Part shown: piece after piece, positions 1 to 12,290 of the stretch
How the letters are laid out: every line of letters begins with the position of its first letter
Numbering within the stretch: the stretch's first letter is position 1
The notes under the pieces: generated by a model
Seen by the model: only the letters and a program-made list of their open reading frames with translations
Databases searched by the model: none
What the model was told of the DNA's origin: nothing
Made by a program: the position numbers and the translations under genes
Assembly (NCBI RefSeq): GCF_006345805.1
Contig: NC_043014.1
Coordinates: 28,520,001-28,584,000 of the forward strand
From: Octopus sinensis
Taxonomy: Eukaryota
DNA: 64,000 bases
Reading direction: 5' to 3'

Positions 1-2400
1 GGCTGTTCTGATTTTTAAGTTCCACCATTATTCTTTTCACCCATCGGTTTCAATATAGTTATCTTCGTCTTTAGGTATTTTCTTTTTTGTTACCCTATTC
101 CAGACTGTTCTGGCCACTGCATCATGCTTCACGGGAAAATAATATCTGGAAGACATTCTCTCACAGTTGGCAGTAATGTGGTTGATGTCTTCAGGCTTGG
201 TCTTGCACAGTCTACGTTTGTTGTCTGTCAACGTTTTCTGCCTTTTATGCTATAGGTACTCCCTTGTTCTCGAATTGTATGGAATTAGCCTTCAAAGGCA
301 GGATGTCATAAACTTTTGGGAGGACAGGCACTGCGAATGTTTTGAGGGCAATATGCTTGCTGTAGGCTGGGAGTTCTGATGACTATATTCTCATTACTTT
401 GCTGAGGTATTCATTCCTGGTCCTCTCCGAATATGTGGGCCCATAATATCTGTCTAAGATACCTATAACTTCTACCTGACTATAGGGATTATATTGGCAA
501 GCTGTTCAACTTTAGGTTTTCAGAGGTGGGAACGTTTTATTATGAAACGTGCACATTTCTACTGACCAAATTTCATCACAATGTCAGTAGAAAATGGATA
601 ATGCGGTCCAATTGCTTTTTTATATGGTTGATATTTGGTCTATACAGTTCCTGGTCATCGAGAAAGAATAGAAGGGAGATACTTCTGGATGCATCTCCCT
701 AGTCTCTATGTTTTGTGAGCAGGTATGATTGTCGGTTTAATAAGAGGAGGAAGAGCAACACTAACAGGCTATCACGCTGAATGATGCCTTTTTGGCAGCG
801 AATACTATTCGGCTCAAGTTTCTCCTTCTCACATCTAAGGAGCAAAGTGGTGTACCAAGTCTTGGTCAGGCTTTCAGTAACACTCACTAATGGCTTTCAA
901 TTACACTCACTAACTGTAAAGCCTTGATAATCCAGCTATGTAGTATACTATGAAAAGTCTTCTGGTGGTCCACACACACTACGGTTAAGTTCTTGCTATT
1001 TTTTACAGTTTTTTTTCTGGAGCATTTTTTTAATTAGTAGCTACTGTGTGCAGCCCTCACCTCCTTCTTTCCTTCAACTTGCTCAGGTGTTATAATGTTG
1101 TTGGTGGCACAATGTATCCAGGGTATAATAAGTGCATTATGTTCTAGCAGACTATTGCGTGGTAATTTTTAGCAGGGTGGTTTGGCTGTTCTTGGGGATG
1201 AGTAGTTATAGTTGATGACCATCGGGGCAGTTCTTTGGTGCCTTTGATACTATTTCCATACAACTTTATGAAATCTCGACGATAAATGGTAAAATTCTTT
1301 AGCCAATTAGTACCTGTTATGAGATCTAGGCCTAGGGCTTTCCTGTCTGACATTTTCTGTAGAATTGTTTCCAGTATTTGCCGTCTGTTTCATATTACTT
1401 TTGCAGAATATGTTGGCAGTAGTCCTTCTCCAGTTCTTTTAGCCATACAGCTTATTTGTTCAACTCATCAATTGTTTCCTACACAGATCTCCAGTAGCCC
1501 TCAACACAAACTTTTGTGTGGGATGTATTTTACAAAGATGGAGCCTTTCGAATTGAAGCTGCAATAAACTAATTTGGAATCTTTAGCAAATAATTTATTG
1601 CACATTTGCAGTTTATTTGTTGTAGACTTATATTTTAGTTTTTCAGCTGTATCTGTGAGTTATTGTTTCGGCTGGCACAGTTAGGGGTTAAGGTTTTTGA
1701 ATCATGTAACACCAGATCACTATTCTATTTTCTTTTTTTTTTTGAGATTTCCCTGATGTCGTGTGAAGTTGTTGTATGTGTTACATTTCATAACAACAAC
1801 GATCTCTGGGATACTTTTTCGCAGGAATAAAATTTTATTTTTTAAGCTACGTGCCCATGCTGGTTGAGACGTTTTGGTTGAATCTCGATTGCGTGACTTC
1901 AGCGCTTTGCGATACGCTAGTAATGTAAGAGCTGAGACATATATAAAAAAAAGTTAATGGTTCCGTAAATCGTTTTCATACTTTAGTATGTCTGGTCTTC
2001 AGATATTTGTTTGCTGTTTCGTTTACTGCATCTAATTCTAATTTATTGGGTTCTTTACTTATACTGGTGTTGTAAAACCTGTCATTCAAATTAAAGTTGC
2101 GGATCTGTTCAAATATATAATTCCAGGTCACTTTAAGGCATCCACAAGTTTTTGTGGTCTGTTTGTACAGTATAGGTATGGATTTCTGCTAAATTATTAG
2201 TGTTGTTTACTGCTAGATTTAGTTGGCCATCAATGGAAGTTAGATGATTATCTTCAGTAGCTGGCTTTATAGGGTCAGCTTGCTTTGAACCGGACATTTC
2301 TGTTAGATGCATCAAATTACTAATAATACATTTTGTTTGTTCATTTAAATGTTTAGAGAAAAATCTAATTCTGAGTGTTAGGAGTTCCACAAACTTTTTA
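1..2400 (-). mobile_element. Decayed R4/Dong-clade (restriction-like endonuclease) non-LTR retrotransposon, running off the window start
   Basis: Minus-strand translations across stops and frameshifts give ordered motifs: QPAWARSLKNKI (N-terminal), RKALGLDLITGTNWLKNFT..KNYHAIVC (RT start), QKGIIQRDSLLVLLFLLLLNRQSYLL (motif B), FSTDIVMKFGQ*KCA, SYRYL, KHIALKTFAVPVL, and the CCHC knuckle region RLCKTKPEDINHITANC..KHDAVAR at 37-231. Confidence 0.85.
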
Positions 2401-2842
2401 GCCTTTGCATAAAACCAAAATTTTGGAGGTCAGATTGTATATATGCTTTAATCCTACAATAGTTGTTTGTAGTTCCACTATTGTACTTAGACGTACAAAT
2501 TGAGCTGTGTTCGCCTTTTTCGTGAACTGTTTTGAAACATTACCTGACTTATTGCTTTGTGTGTATCGTTCTAGCGCTGTGTTTACATAAATATGTTATG
2601 ATATACGTGTCGTTTATATACATATGTTACAATATGTGAATATATAAAACATTTATGTAGAAATATCTGTATGTAATCTTACCGCACTCTGGAGCTCAAT
2701 TTTTGCAATATTTGGTATGTTGCCTTCTTGTGAGCAATAATTACATACGTCCAAGTATCGAACTGATCATAACGATCACCATGTTGCATGTGTGTGTGCT
2801 TATATATGTACGCATACATATATACACACGCGCGCACACACA

Positions 2843-2901
<59 letters not shown>

Positions 2902-2914
2902 AAGAGTTAAGAAA

Positions 2915-3020
2915 TGGAGCAGATAAAATCCGAGCTACATACGTTTCATAGCGAGCTGAACCTCGGAGGTAGTAAATATCCAAGGAAGATGTATACCGCA
3001 AGCTACACTTCAGGCCAAAG
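2915..3020 (-). repeat. Single copy of the repeat that forms the 45.9 kb hairpin; possible Penelope-type terminus with a decayed hammerhead
   Basis: GGAGCAGATAAAATCCGAGCTACATACGTTTCATAGCGAGCTGAACCTCGG aligns with both arms of 45862-46014. The minus strand reads CTGAAGT-GTAGC...GCTAT-GAAA-CGTATGT-A. Confidence 0.5.
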
Positions 3021-3313
3021 GTATCTTGATTAGATGAAGTTTACTTTGTCGTTAGGAAGCCCATGTTAACATACAGAGGATTCGAATTCACTACCTTTCG
3101 CCCCAGTAGACCACTATTGTTCCTGAAAATTGCTTTTTATATTTTCTACGGATTGCTTGAAGCTCATTTTCTACACCTCGATCCTTGGATCTTACATTCA
3201 TAATACATACATACATACATGCATACAAAAATACATACATATACATATACATACACATACATATATATATATATAAATATATATATATAGATATATATAA
3301 ATATATATATATA

Positions 3314-3402
3314 TTTTTTTTTTCTAGTTTCTGCTCAGAGCTGCGGCCATGCTGATGCACCGCTGTTTTGTGCTACACTGTTATTACGACGAACCTCGTC
3401 TA
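3314..3402 (-). mobile_element. Severely 5'-truncated LINE 3' tail (same family as 10990-11300)
   Basis: About 80 bp nearly identical to 11001-11078 (CTAGTTTC.GCTCAGAGCTGCGGCCATGCTGATGCACCGC.GTTTTGTGCTACACTGTTATTACGAC), with a poly-T run on plus, i.e. a poly-A tail. Confidence 0.75.
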
Positions 3403-3429
3403 TAAAAATGTGTGCATGTATATATATAT

Positions 3430-3475
<46 letters not shown>

Positions 3476-3604
3476 ACTTATAAACAAGGGCAAAAGAAAA
3501 AAAACTTCTAATGCCAAATATTCCGAAAATAGACAAATCGTCAATATAATTTATCACTATAAGCACGCATCTCGAAGCAAGCCGACAGAAATTTCTAAAA
3601 AATT

Positions 3605-3677
3605 CCGTTATTATCGTATCAGTCCCAATTTCAGAGTTAATTCATAAGAATTTTCTCCTCGTCAGCGATAAATACGG
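3605..3677 (-). ncRNA. Type I hammerhead ribozyme
   Basis: Minus strand: CCGTATT-TATCG CTGACGA GGAG..18nt..CTCT GAA ATTGGGACTGAT A CGATA-ATAACGG. Stem I TATCG/CGATA, core CUGACGA and GAAA, stem II closed by G.U, AUA cleavage triplet (cut between 3617 and 3616). Confidence 0.75.
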
Positions 3678-3708
3678 TATTACCGTATTTATCGCTGACG
3701 AGGTATTA

Positions 3709-3781
3709 CCGTATTTATCACTGACGAGGAGAAAATTCTTATGCATTAACTCTGAAATTGGGACCGATACGATAATAACGG
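3709..3781 (+). ncRNA. Mirror-copy type I hammerhead ribozyme (right arm)
   Basis: TATCA CTGACGA GGAG...CTCT GAA ATTGGGACCGAT A CGATA. Core intact, but the first stem I pair is an A-C mismatch. Confidence 0.6.
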
Positions 3782-4024
3782 AATTTTTAAAGAAATTTCT
3801 GTCGGTTTGCTTCGACACGCGTGCTTATAGTGATAAATTATATGGTTATTGACGATTTGTCTATTTTCGGCATATTTGGCATTAGAAGTTTTTTTCTTTT
3901 GCCCTTGTTTATAAGTTGTTTATAAATTTAACCTTTTAAGGTATTTTTTGATATGCTGGCCATTGATAGAATTTTTTTCGAAAAATTCTATCCTATATTA
4001 GATATATATATATGCTAATATATG

Positions 4025-4345
4025 TGAAGGCGCGTGGCTTAGTGATTAGGACATTCGGCTCACTATCGTAAGGTCGTAAGTTCAATCCCCGGCGACGCGT
4101 TGTGTCCTTGCGCAAGACACTTTATTTAACGTTGCTTCAGTCCACACAGTTGGCAAAAATGAGTAGTACCTTATTTCAAAGGACCAACCTTGTCGCACTT
4201 TGTATCATGCTGAATCTCTCTGAGATTTACGTTAAGGGTACACGTGTTAGTGGAGTGCTCAGCCACTTGTACGTTAATTTCACGAGCAAACCGTTCCGTT
4301 GATCGTATCAGCTGGGTCCCTCGTCGTCGTAACCGATGGAATGCT
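4025..4345 (+). mobile_element. tRNA-derived SINE, family B
   Basis: Head GAAGGCGCGTGGCTTAGTG..AGG with A box and B box (GTTCAATCCC), then TGTGTCCTTG.GCAAGACAC and a shared body and tail. Homologues at 7505-7815, 50195-50490 and 59495-59625. Confidence 0.8.
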
Positions 4346-4444
4346 CCTCTCTATATATAACACTTTTCAGAGAAAACAAAGTTATATATACGTGAAAAGA
4401 CATACACAGAAACATAAAAATTTACATAAGTATATATGCATATA

Positions 4445-4745
4445 GTCGAGGCACAATGGCCCAGAGGTTAGGGCAGCGAACTCGCGGTCGTAGGATCGCA
4501 GTTTCGATTCCCAGACCGGGCGTTTTGTGTGTTTAGCGAAAACACCTAAAAGCTCCACGAGGCTCCTGCAGGGGTCGGTGGCGACCCCTGTTCTACTCAT
4601 TCACCACAATTTTCTTTCACTCTCTCTTCCTGTTTCTTAAGTAACGCTGCGATGGACTGGCGTCCCGTCCAGCTGGGGGGAACACATACGCAGAAACCGG
4701 GAAACTAGGCCCATGAGCCTGGCTAGGCTTGAAAAGGACGACGTT
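4445..4745 (+). mobile_element. tRNA-derived SINE, family C
   Basis: Head GAGGC.CAATGGCCCAG.GGTTAGGGCAGCG..CTCGCGGTCG..GTTTCGATTCCCAGACCGGGCG. Homologues at 13330-13645 (minus) and 28245-28540. Confidence 0.8.
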
Positions 4746-4784
4746 TTTATATATGTATGTATATATATATTAATATATATCATT

Positions 4785-5010
4785 CAAAGAAATTCCAACT
4801 CTGCCTATTTTTAATGTTTTATTTATATTCTTTATAATATTAATGTAGAATACAGTATATATAGTATAAATAATATATATATAGTAAAATGAAATGTAGT
4901 ATTGAATATTTTATTGAATAGATGAAATATTGAATATAAAATATTGAGGGACCAGTATACTTTCTTGCATTATAGTAGTCTTCAAGGTCCCAGGTTGTGA
5001 CAGGCGTGTT
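4785..5010 (-). repeat. Diverged single-arm relative of the 31 kb foldback element
   Basis: AAAGAAATTCCAAC..GTTTTATTTA..AAAATGAAATGTAGTATTG matches 31061-31200. The minus strand has GGGAC-CTTGAAGA...GAAAGTATACTG-GTCCC, a degenerate hammerhead layout. Confidence 0.55.
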
Positions 5011-5634
5011 TCATATATATGTGTGTGTGTACCTCTGTGTGTGTGTGTGTGTTTTCATGTATATATAATTTTGGCTTCTCCCAAAAGTGTTATCTAAAAA
5101 TTACCTTGCGATCAATTTTATTATAATCCATACAAAATAAAAGGACTGAGTTATAGTACTACATCGATATATTAACGGAGAACCTAACAAATAGAGCATA
5201 GATAACAACATTGTTGAAAATTCTCTCTATGTTTTGTCAATAGACCAAATAGAGATGAAATAAAACACAAGGCTGGACACACAATCACGTTCAACATACG
5301 CAGAATCTCTGCCTTTTCTCTCTCTCTCTTTTTACTCTTCTCTTTTTTCTGTAAAACACTTCGTGAGTACTGAGGGTGTTTGACAAATATAAACAGATAC
5401 AGTGCCCAGATTTATTGCCTTTAAAATCGTTATAGAAAAAATCAAGGAAAAATGCAGAGCATGGCAATCTTAAAGAGGAATATATTACTTATATTTTCAT
5501 TTCGAGATATAAAAAGAAACATAGTAAATTGTGTCCTAAGCTGCGAATACTAAACATACAAGCTCAGAGAAAATAATACTGTTTATCTTCTAAAGTATAT
5601 AATATCTACAGCTTATTTATATACCATTTCTATA

Positions 5635-5831
<197 letters not shown>

Positions 5832-5832
<1 letters not shown>

Positions 5833-6710
5833 TGGGTGTGGTGAATAAATTGTCGTCTAAACCACGGAAAAAGAAAATAACACTGACATCTCATTTTAAG
5901 AGATATATTTACTAAAATTACATAAAACTATCTTGAAATACTAAAGAGTAACTTTATTCAATAAGACCGCCATTTGCTTCAAGGACAGCAAGCACACAAC
6001 TTCGGAATCTCCTGCAACTCTTCCGGACGGTCTCCTTGTTTAAGTTGGTGAATGCTCCCATAATCCTTGCCTTCTGTTCATCTTTGGTATTACAAGGAGT
6101 TTTGTTGGACTCTCGCCCAAATGCGTCCTACACATAATAATCAGGGGGGTTGTAGTGTTGGGAGTTAGATGTTAGGGGTGATGTGGCCGCAGAAATTGTC
6201 TGACAGTCATGACTGGGTTTTCCTGCTTGTGTGGTATGCTGCAGAGTCCTGTTGCCAGACAAAGGGTCTTCCAGCAGCCACCCTCTTCACCCATGGCAGC
6301 ATTACCTCTTCAAGGCACTCGATATATGCCGCCATGTTGAGTCCGAAGCCGTGTGAGAAGATGAATGAAGTCATAACGTCGCCATCACTAGTGATCACTC
6401 CAAACACCATGATGTTGACTGGATGTTTGATTTTTATCACTCTCAGTACATGTTCTCAGATTGCAATGTCTTCAGATTGACATCCAAACATTTAAATGTT
6501 CGTATTGGAGCTTCCGGCGCAAATGCCAAGCAGTACAGGATGTCGTTTCCAAATTTCTGGCAGAGTGAAGTGCGTCATGGTGCTGTTTTTCTCACAGACT
6601 GTGCCCAACAGACCCTACTATACCGTATAGTCGACAAAATCAAAAACAAACAATGCGTAGTGCGTGAAATAAAAATTATGCAATGGCGAAAATTAACCCA
6701 TCTCACGCTG
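5832..6710 (-). mobile_element. Internally deleted Tc1/mariner transposon, maT (DD37D)-like
   Basis: Minus ORF remnant [19 protein letters not shown]...RPFVWQQDSAAYHTSRKTQS*LSDNF...DYYV..RESNKTPCNTKDE..ETVRKSCRRFR..EANGGLIE. Degenerate 26-bp TIRs (CTGGGTGTGGTGAATAAATTGTCGTC vs CAGCGTGAGATGGGTTAATTTTCGCC, 17/26). The DD37D spacing is inferred from family similarity because this copy has a deletion near the third D. Confidence 0.85.
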
Positions 6711-6732
6711 TTTGTGTGTGTGTGTGTGTGTG

Positions 6733-6763
<31 letters not shown>

Positions 6764-6837
6764 TGCGCGCGTGTGTGTGTGTGTGCGTGTGTGTGTGCGT
6801 GTGTGTGCGTGCGTGTGTGTGTGTGTGTGTATTGCTG

Positions 6838-7035
6838 AGTGTTTTTGTTTGTCCACTACCGCTTGGCAACCGGTGTTGGTTTGTTAATGTCCCCGTAATC
6901 CTGGTGATCCGGCAAAAGGGAAAGATAGAATAAATACTAGATTGTTTTTTAAAAAGATAAATCCTGAAATCGATCTGTTCAACTCAAGCCTTCATACAAG
7001 TGCTCCTGCATTGTGGTAGTGCAACAACTGAAGCA
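6838..7035 (+). mobile_element. Degraded 3' half of SINE family A
   Basis: TTTGTCC..CCGCTTGGCAACCGGTGTTGG...CGGCAAAAG...GATAGAATAAATACT matches the family A tail. Confidence 0.6.
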
Positions 7036-7504
7036 AGCAATTGGTGAAAGATAAAATACGTCTTTGAGCTGATTTTGTCTACTCATTAAACACTAAGAAA
7101 AACAATTGATATACTTTGTCAGAATATCATTTTGAAAGACAGCAACTCTTATACTGCGCAAACTCTTGAGAGGCACTTCCAACAAATGTTTAAATTGAGC
7201 CTATGATAATTATTGAGAAGTCTAACTTGAACCCTGACAAGATATCACATTCTGTCTCTCAACCATAATATGAAGTGCTGTCTGCTTCAAGAGGAAGTCA
7301 CCTACAGTATAAGGGAAATGTATTGTTATAACTGTATTTATTATGACGTTTTCTTCAATTTTCATTTTATGCTTGATGTATATTCCAGTTATTACTTTTA
7401 GTTATTTATATAACATACCAATGTTTGCGTAGATGGCACAGAGCGGCTGCTTTATATACATGTGTTTGCTGTGCTGTAGTCAAAGGTATGTTACATTTAA
7501 GGAA

Positions 7505-7815
7505 CTGAAGGCGTGTGGGTTAGTGGTTAGCAGCATTCGACTCATGATCGCAAGATCGTGTGTTCGATTGCTGGCACCGTGTTGTGTCCTTGAGTAAGAC
7601 ACTTTATTTTCACATTGTTTCAGTTGGCTTAGCTGGCAAAAACTAGTTCTACCTGTAATTCAAAGGGCCAACCTTGTCACATTTTGTGTCACGCTGAATC
7701 TCCCTAAGAACTATGTTAAGGGCACGCGTATTTGTGGAGTGCTCAGCCACTTGCATGTTAATATTACGAACAGGTTGTTCTGTTCATCAGATGAACTGGA
7801 ATCCTCGACGTCGTT
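7505..7815 (+). mobile_element. tRNA-derived SINE, family B
   Basis: Colinear with 4025-4345. Confidence 0.75.
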
Positions 7816-7901
7816 TTTCACGTTTAAGGAAATGGGTGTCCAATTTGACTTTTAAAGAATTGGGTACTCAATTTGACTAGAGCACAGAGCTAAAAACTCA
7901 C

Positions 7902-8010
7902 GATACGTTATTGTAAGATAGGAATAATTTTCTCGATCAATTTTCAGTTTTATGCTATAATACGAGATATTTTCTTTCCACACTATGAAATCAAAACACA
8001 TAAATACACG
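7902..8010 (-). CDS. Candidate internal coding exon of an unidentified host gene (RVFMCFDFIVWKENISYYSIKLKIDRENYSYLTITY)
   Basis: Acceptor TTATTCTCACATATCCAG|, donor TATC|GTGAGT, and only one of three frames open. No homology recognised with confidence. Confidence 0.3.
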
Positions 8011-8366
8011 CTGGATATGTGAGAATAAATATGCTAAATCTCCCGACCACGAACAGCAAGCAAGCAAAAGAAATCTTGGCTAACATCAAATTTTCAATGT
8101 ATGTGAATCTGAATCGTTTGTTTTAATCATTTAATATTAATTATTACAACCATTGCATAACAGAGGCGTTTTTGTTATTTGCATGAATTTCTATGCAAAC
8201 CGTAACCACAATAGACATGATTACATCTCACAGAATCAAAGTATTGATTTATTTGAATTGCATATTAATTATGTAACAATACTTCATAGGTTAATAAGTC
8301 TTTAATATTGCTTTTGGTGCTTCATCTCTTCATATGATGATTATGATGAAATATCCATCCATCCAT

Positions 8367-8433
<67 letters not shown>

Positions 8434-8453
8434 ATATCCATCCATCCATCAAT

Positions 8454-8515
<62 letters not shown>

Positions 8516-9034
8516 CTATACAACATTGCTAAAGCAAAGACAATGCGTGAATTGTAATATAAGATATTACATTATAATTATTTAAATTTGTACTAATATT
8601 TCTGATGCGATTGCTTATAGTATTTTCAAAATAATCACAGAAGTCAGTGTTAGAAGAGTTTATCAGTAAATAGATTCTAAAATAGAGGTAAAAACCACAT
8701 AGAAACCACAGAAAAGTCAGTTCTTTGTTTTATCAATTCGTTGTGCTAAACTTGTCTACTATTTTATTAGTTTTTTTGCTATTCCTTATTCGTTTTACAT
8801 GCCTGGCAGTTATTTAGTCATGACAGCAACCCATTATACTACTCGTTGGATATTATACGATGAACATCAATCAATGCTTAACTGTCATTTATCACTTCTT
8901 TTGCCTTGTTTTATGGAATTTATGCAATATTTCACTTTATAATCTGGTGTTCTCTCTAACGGAATCTCAACGCTGTTATTTTTCTCACCACCGCTCTCTG
9001 TTTCTTGATATACATGCATACATATACTCTCATG

Positions 9035-9067
<33 letters not shown>

Positions 9068-9241
9068 ATATCTATCTATCTATCTATCTATTCTATCTAT
9101 CTATTCTATCTATATATCTATCACTATCATCTATCTATCTATATATTATATCTATCTATCTATATAATATCTATATTTTCTATCTATGTATGCATATATG
9201 TATATATATATATACATATACATACATACATACATTATGTA

Positions 9242-9278
<37 letters not shown>

Positions 9279-9387
9279 ATACATAAACACACATATATAT
9301 AGGTACGTATATACAAACACATGTATACACTATGTAATCCATATGTGGTGTATGTATATATGTATGTATGTATACATATATTATATA

Positions 9388-9437
<50 letters not shown>

Positions 9438-9631
9438 CTTTTTATAGTTTTTAGTTAGTCATTGGACTGTGGCCATGCTGAAGCACCGCCTCAATACTTC
9501 AGCTCCACAATGACTACTCTATATCTATATCTATATCTATATCTATATCTATATACATATACATATATTATATATATATATACATATACTATTATATATA
9601 TATATATAATATACATACATACATACATACA

Positions 9632-9691
<60 letters not shown>

Positions 9692-9759
9692 AATACAATA
9701 TAGATGTTTATATATATATATTATATATGTATATGTATATGTATATGTATAAGTGTGTA

Positions 9760-9789
<30 letters not shown>

Positions 9790-9797
<8 letters not shown>

Positions 9798-9935
9798 ATG
9801 TTTTGGTTTTGGATTTGATTTGCAAGCTTCTTTATGTGAGTTCGTGTGTTGAAGCATTTTTCTAAAATTTTCGTTGCGTCTTGCAACCGTTTCAATAGTT
9901 GTCGACTCTGGCCGTTGTCCGAGCTACGTTCTTTT
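9790..9935. repeat. Interspersed repeat, further pieces at 36783-36950 and 37400-37560
   Basis: TTTGCAAG.TTCTTTAT.TGAGTTCGTGTGTTGAAGCAT is shared with 36783-36950. CTAAAATTTTCGTTGCGTCTTGCA is shared in reverse with 37400-37470. Confidence 0.7.
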
Positions 9936-10383
9936 CGTTTGTATGTGTTCATATGTCTGAGTCAGTGTGTCTGTGAGCATACACATGTATGCATGTATGT
10001 ATGTAGTTATGCATGTATGTACATATACATGCATGTAAGTGTATGTATGCATGTATGTGTATGTGTGTGTGTGCGTATGTATATATGTATCTGTGTACGT
10101 TTGTATGTATGTATTCTGCATATCAAAGTGTTTGTGTGTTTGCATGTGTGTGTATCTCTGTCTCCTTGCGTGTGCCTGTCTGATGTGTCCGTGTGTATGT
10201 GTATAGGTTTTTGTGACTATGTACTGCGTCTGTATGTATGGATGTGTATCTGAATATGTGTGGATGTGTGTCTCTATATGCGTCCTTGTGTGAAGTGAAG
10301 TGTCTGTGTATATAGTCATGTGTTTCAGTTTTCATTTGTGTATGTGTGTGTGTGTGTGTGTTTTTATGTTTGTGTGTGTGTAT

Positions 10384-10585
10384 ACATGTTGACAAGAAAT
10401 ATTAAATTAATAAGAAGAGAGATTTATATATCCAGATTTATTCTGGCGTGTGCAAGAAACTAGCAGCAGAAACATATGTAAGTGTACAAATGGAAAGACG
10501 TGATTGACAGCAGAATAAAACTGCATATATAAATCTCTGTTCTCCTTATTATCAATATATTATTTCTTCTCTACTGACAACATGC
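10384..10585. repeat. Imperfect inverted repeat (about 55-bp arms, about 65-bp spacer) with a hammerhead 3' half
   Basis: AAGAAATA..AATAAG.AGA..GAGATTTATATAT.CAG.TTTATTCTG recurs reverse-complemented at 10512-10569. The spacer contains GAAACATATGTA (10469-10480). Confidence 0.7.
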
Positions 10586-10657
10586 AGTCTCTGTAGGGAC
10601 ATTTGGATTACCGATGTGAAGATCTACTGAGCGTGTGTGTATATATATATAATATAT

Positions 10658-10691
<34 letters not shown>

Positions 10692-10713
10692 ATGTTGTGT
10701 GTGTATGTATATA

Positions 10714-10760
<47 letters not shown>

Positions 10761-10836
10761 TACACACATATATGTATACATATATATATTTATATATATT
10801 TATATATATAAGTATATATATATATGTTATATATAT

Positions 10837-10884
<48 letters not shown>

Positions 10885-10888
10885 CTAC

Positions 10889-10933
<45 letters not shown>

Positions 10934-10954
10934 ATGTATATATATATCTACTGA

Positions 10955-10985
<31 letters not shown>

Positions 10986-10989
10986 TATA

Positions 10990-11300
10990 TTTTTTTTTTA
11001 CTAGTTTCAGCTCAGAGCTGCGGCCATGCTGATGCACCGCCGTTTTGTGCTACACTGTTATTACGACTAACCTCGTCTAATATGTGGCACTTGGTGAAGA
11101 ATGGAGTTTGATATAGCTACTCTCATTTGCACCTCTTGCCGTGAGGTAGGTTCATCCGGGACTCTTGACAGGAAGATGTCCAGCTTTAATTTAAAAACCG
11201 TTACAGCTACTTTCTGCAAGTTCCTCAGACTCTTTGGGAGAATATTAAAAAGCTGTGGGTCCTTGAAACCCAGGCTGTTGCAGAAGCTGGTCCTATATAT
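10990..11300 (-). mobile_element. 3' end of a CR1/L2-group LINE (ORF2 C-terminus, 3' UTR and poly-A)
   Basis: SFCNSLGFKDPQLFNILPKSLRNLQKVAVTVFKLKLDIFLSRVPDEPT...AISNSILHQ is a typical LINE ORF2 end. It is followed by GGCGGTGCATCAGCATGGCCGCAGCTCTGAGCTGAAACTAGT(A)n. Confidence 0.8.
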
Positions 11301-11651
11301 ATGTATGCATTTATATATATAAGTATATGAGTTCAATTTATACTTTCTATATCTCTCCCATTCCAGAATAACTTCTTAATATTGAACTCTCTCATATCGT
11401 CTCTCATGAGGAGATATCCCTCATACCTCTGAAACAGCTGCAATACTACCCCTCTCTTTATAAATGTCCTAGAAATTTCAGATTGCCTTGGCTTTGTTTT
11501 CTAATTTTATTTAACACACACAGACCCACATACACACAAACACACAGACACAGACAGAAAGACACACACACACACATACACGCACACACATGTATATATG
11601 TACGTATGTATGTTTGTATATATATATATATATATATATATGTACGTATGA

Positions 11652-11694
<43 letters not shown>

Positions 11695-12039
11695 GTATTG
11701 TTTTTTTTGTATTATTTTTGTATTTATATTCGTGTAACATCGCCCATTTTTCCGTCCTTGTTTCGTATACGTTCGATACTTTTTTCCAAGGAATCTAATG
11801 CTCTTAGCTTAGTTTTTCCTTGGGGCTGGCCAGATTGGAGCAATCTCAAGATTAATCAACCGAAATTGCGAGGATGATCCGGTTCTTGTTGAAGATTAAA
11901 AGCTTCGAATGACCCGTCCGTATTTTTTGTATCGTCTATTTGGATGTTTTGCGTTCTTGTCCCATTTTGTATTTCATATATATATATAGCGGCGTATGTA
12001 CACTTTGTTCTCTTATATATATATATATATACATACAAA

Positions 12040-12072
<33 letters not shown>

Positions 12073-12099
12073 CATACACACGCACACCTATCGCTTCTA

Positions 12100-12290
12100 T
12101 AATTTCATTCAGTCGTTGGACTGCGGCGACGCTGGGGCACTGTCTTGAAGAATTTAATCGAAGGAACAGACCTCGGGACTCATATTTTTTAGAAAGCCTG
12201 GTACTTTATTGTAGCTAACTCTTTTGCTGAACCGCTAAGTGGCTGGGAAGTAAATATACCAATACATCAATGTCAATTTTAATATCCCCG
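12100..12290 (-). mobile_element. Degraded SINE family A tail
   Basis: CAGTCGTTGGACTGCGGC..GCTGGGGCAC...TTTTGCTGAACCGCTAAGT. Confidence 0.65.

Larger units (their letters stand above)
3474..3925. repeat. Long foldback palindrome (arms about 200 bp) of a Penelope-type terminal repeat
   Basis: The left arm 3474-3678 is the reverse complement of the right arm from about 3706 to 3925. Centre is AAATACGGTA-T-TACCGTATTT with a 26-bp tandem duplication (TATTACCGTATTTATC.CTGACGAGG). Preceded by (TA)n. Confidence 0.9.

Noticed and set aside
8176-8202. Paired octamer/POU sites (ATTTGCAT..ATGCAAAC)
   Set aside because: Short motifs are expected by chance in AT-rich DNA, and there is no other support.
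11830-11900. Hammerhead in CTCAAGA..CCGAAATTGC
   Set aside because: The core is non-canonical and stems I-III cannot all be formed.
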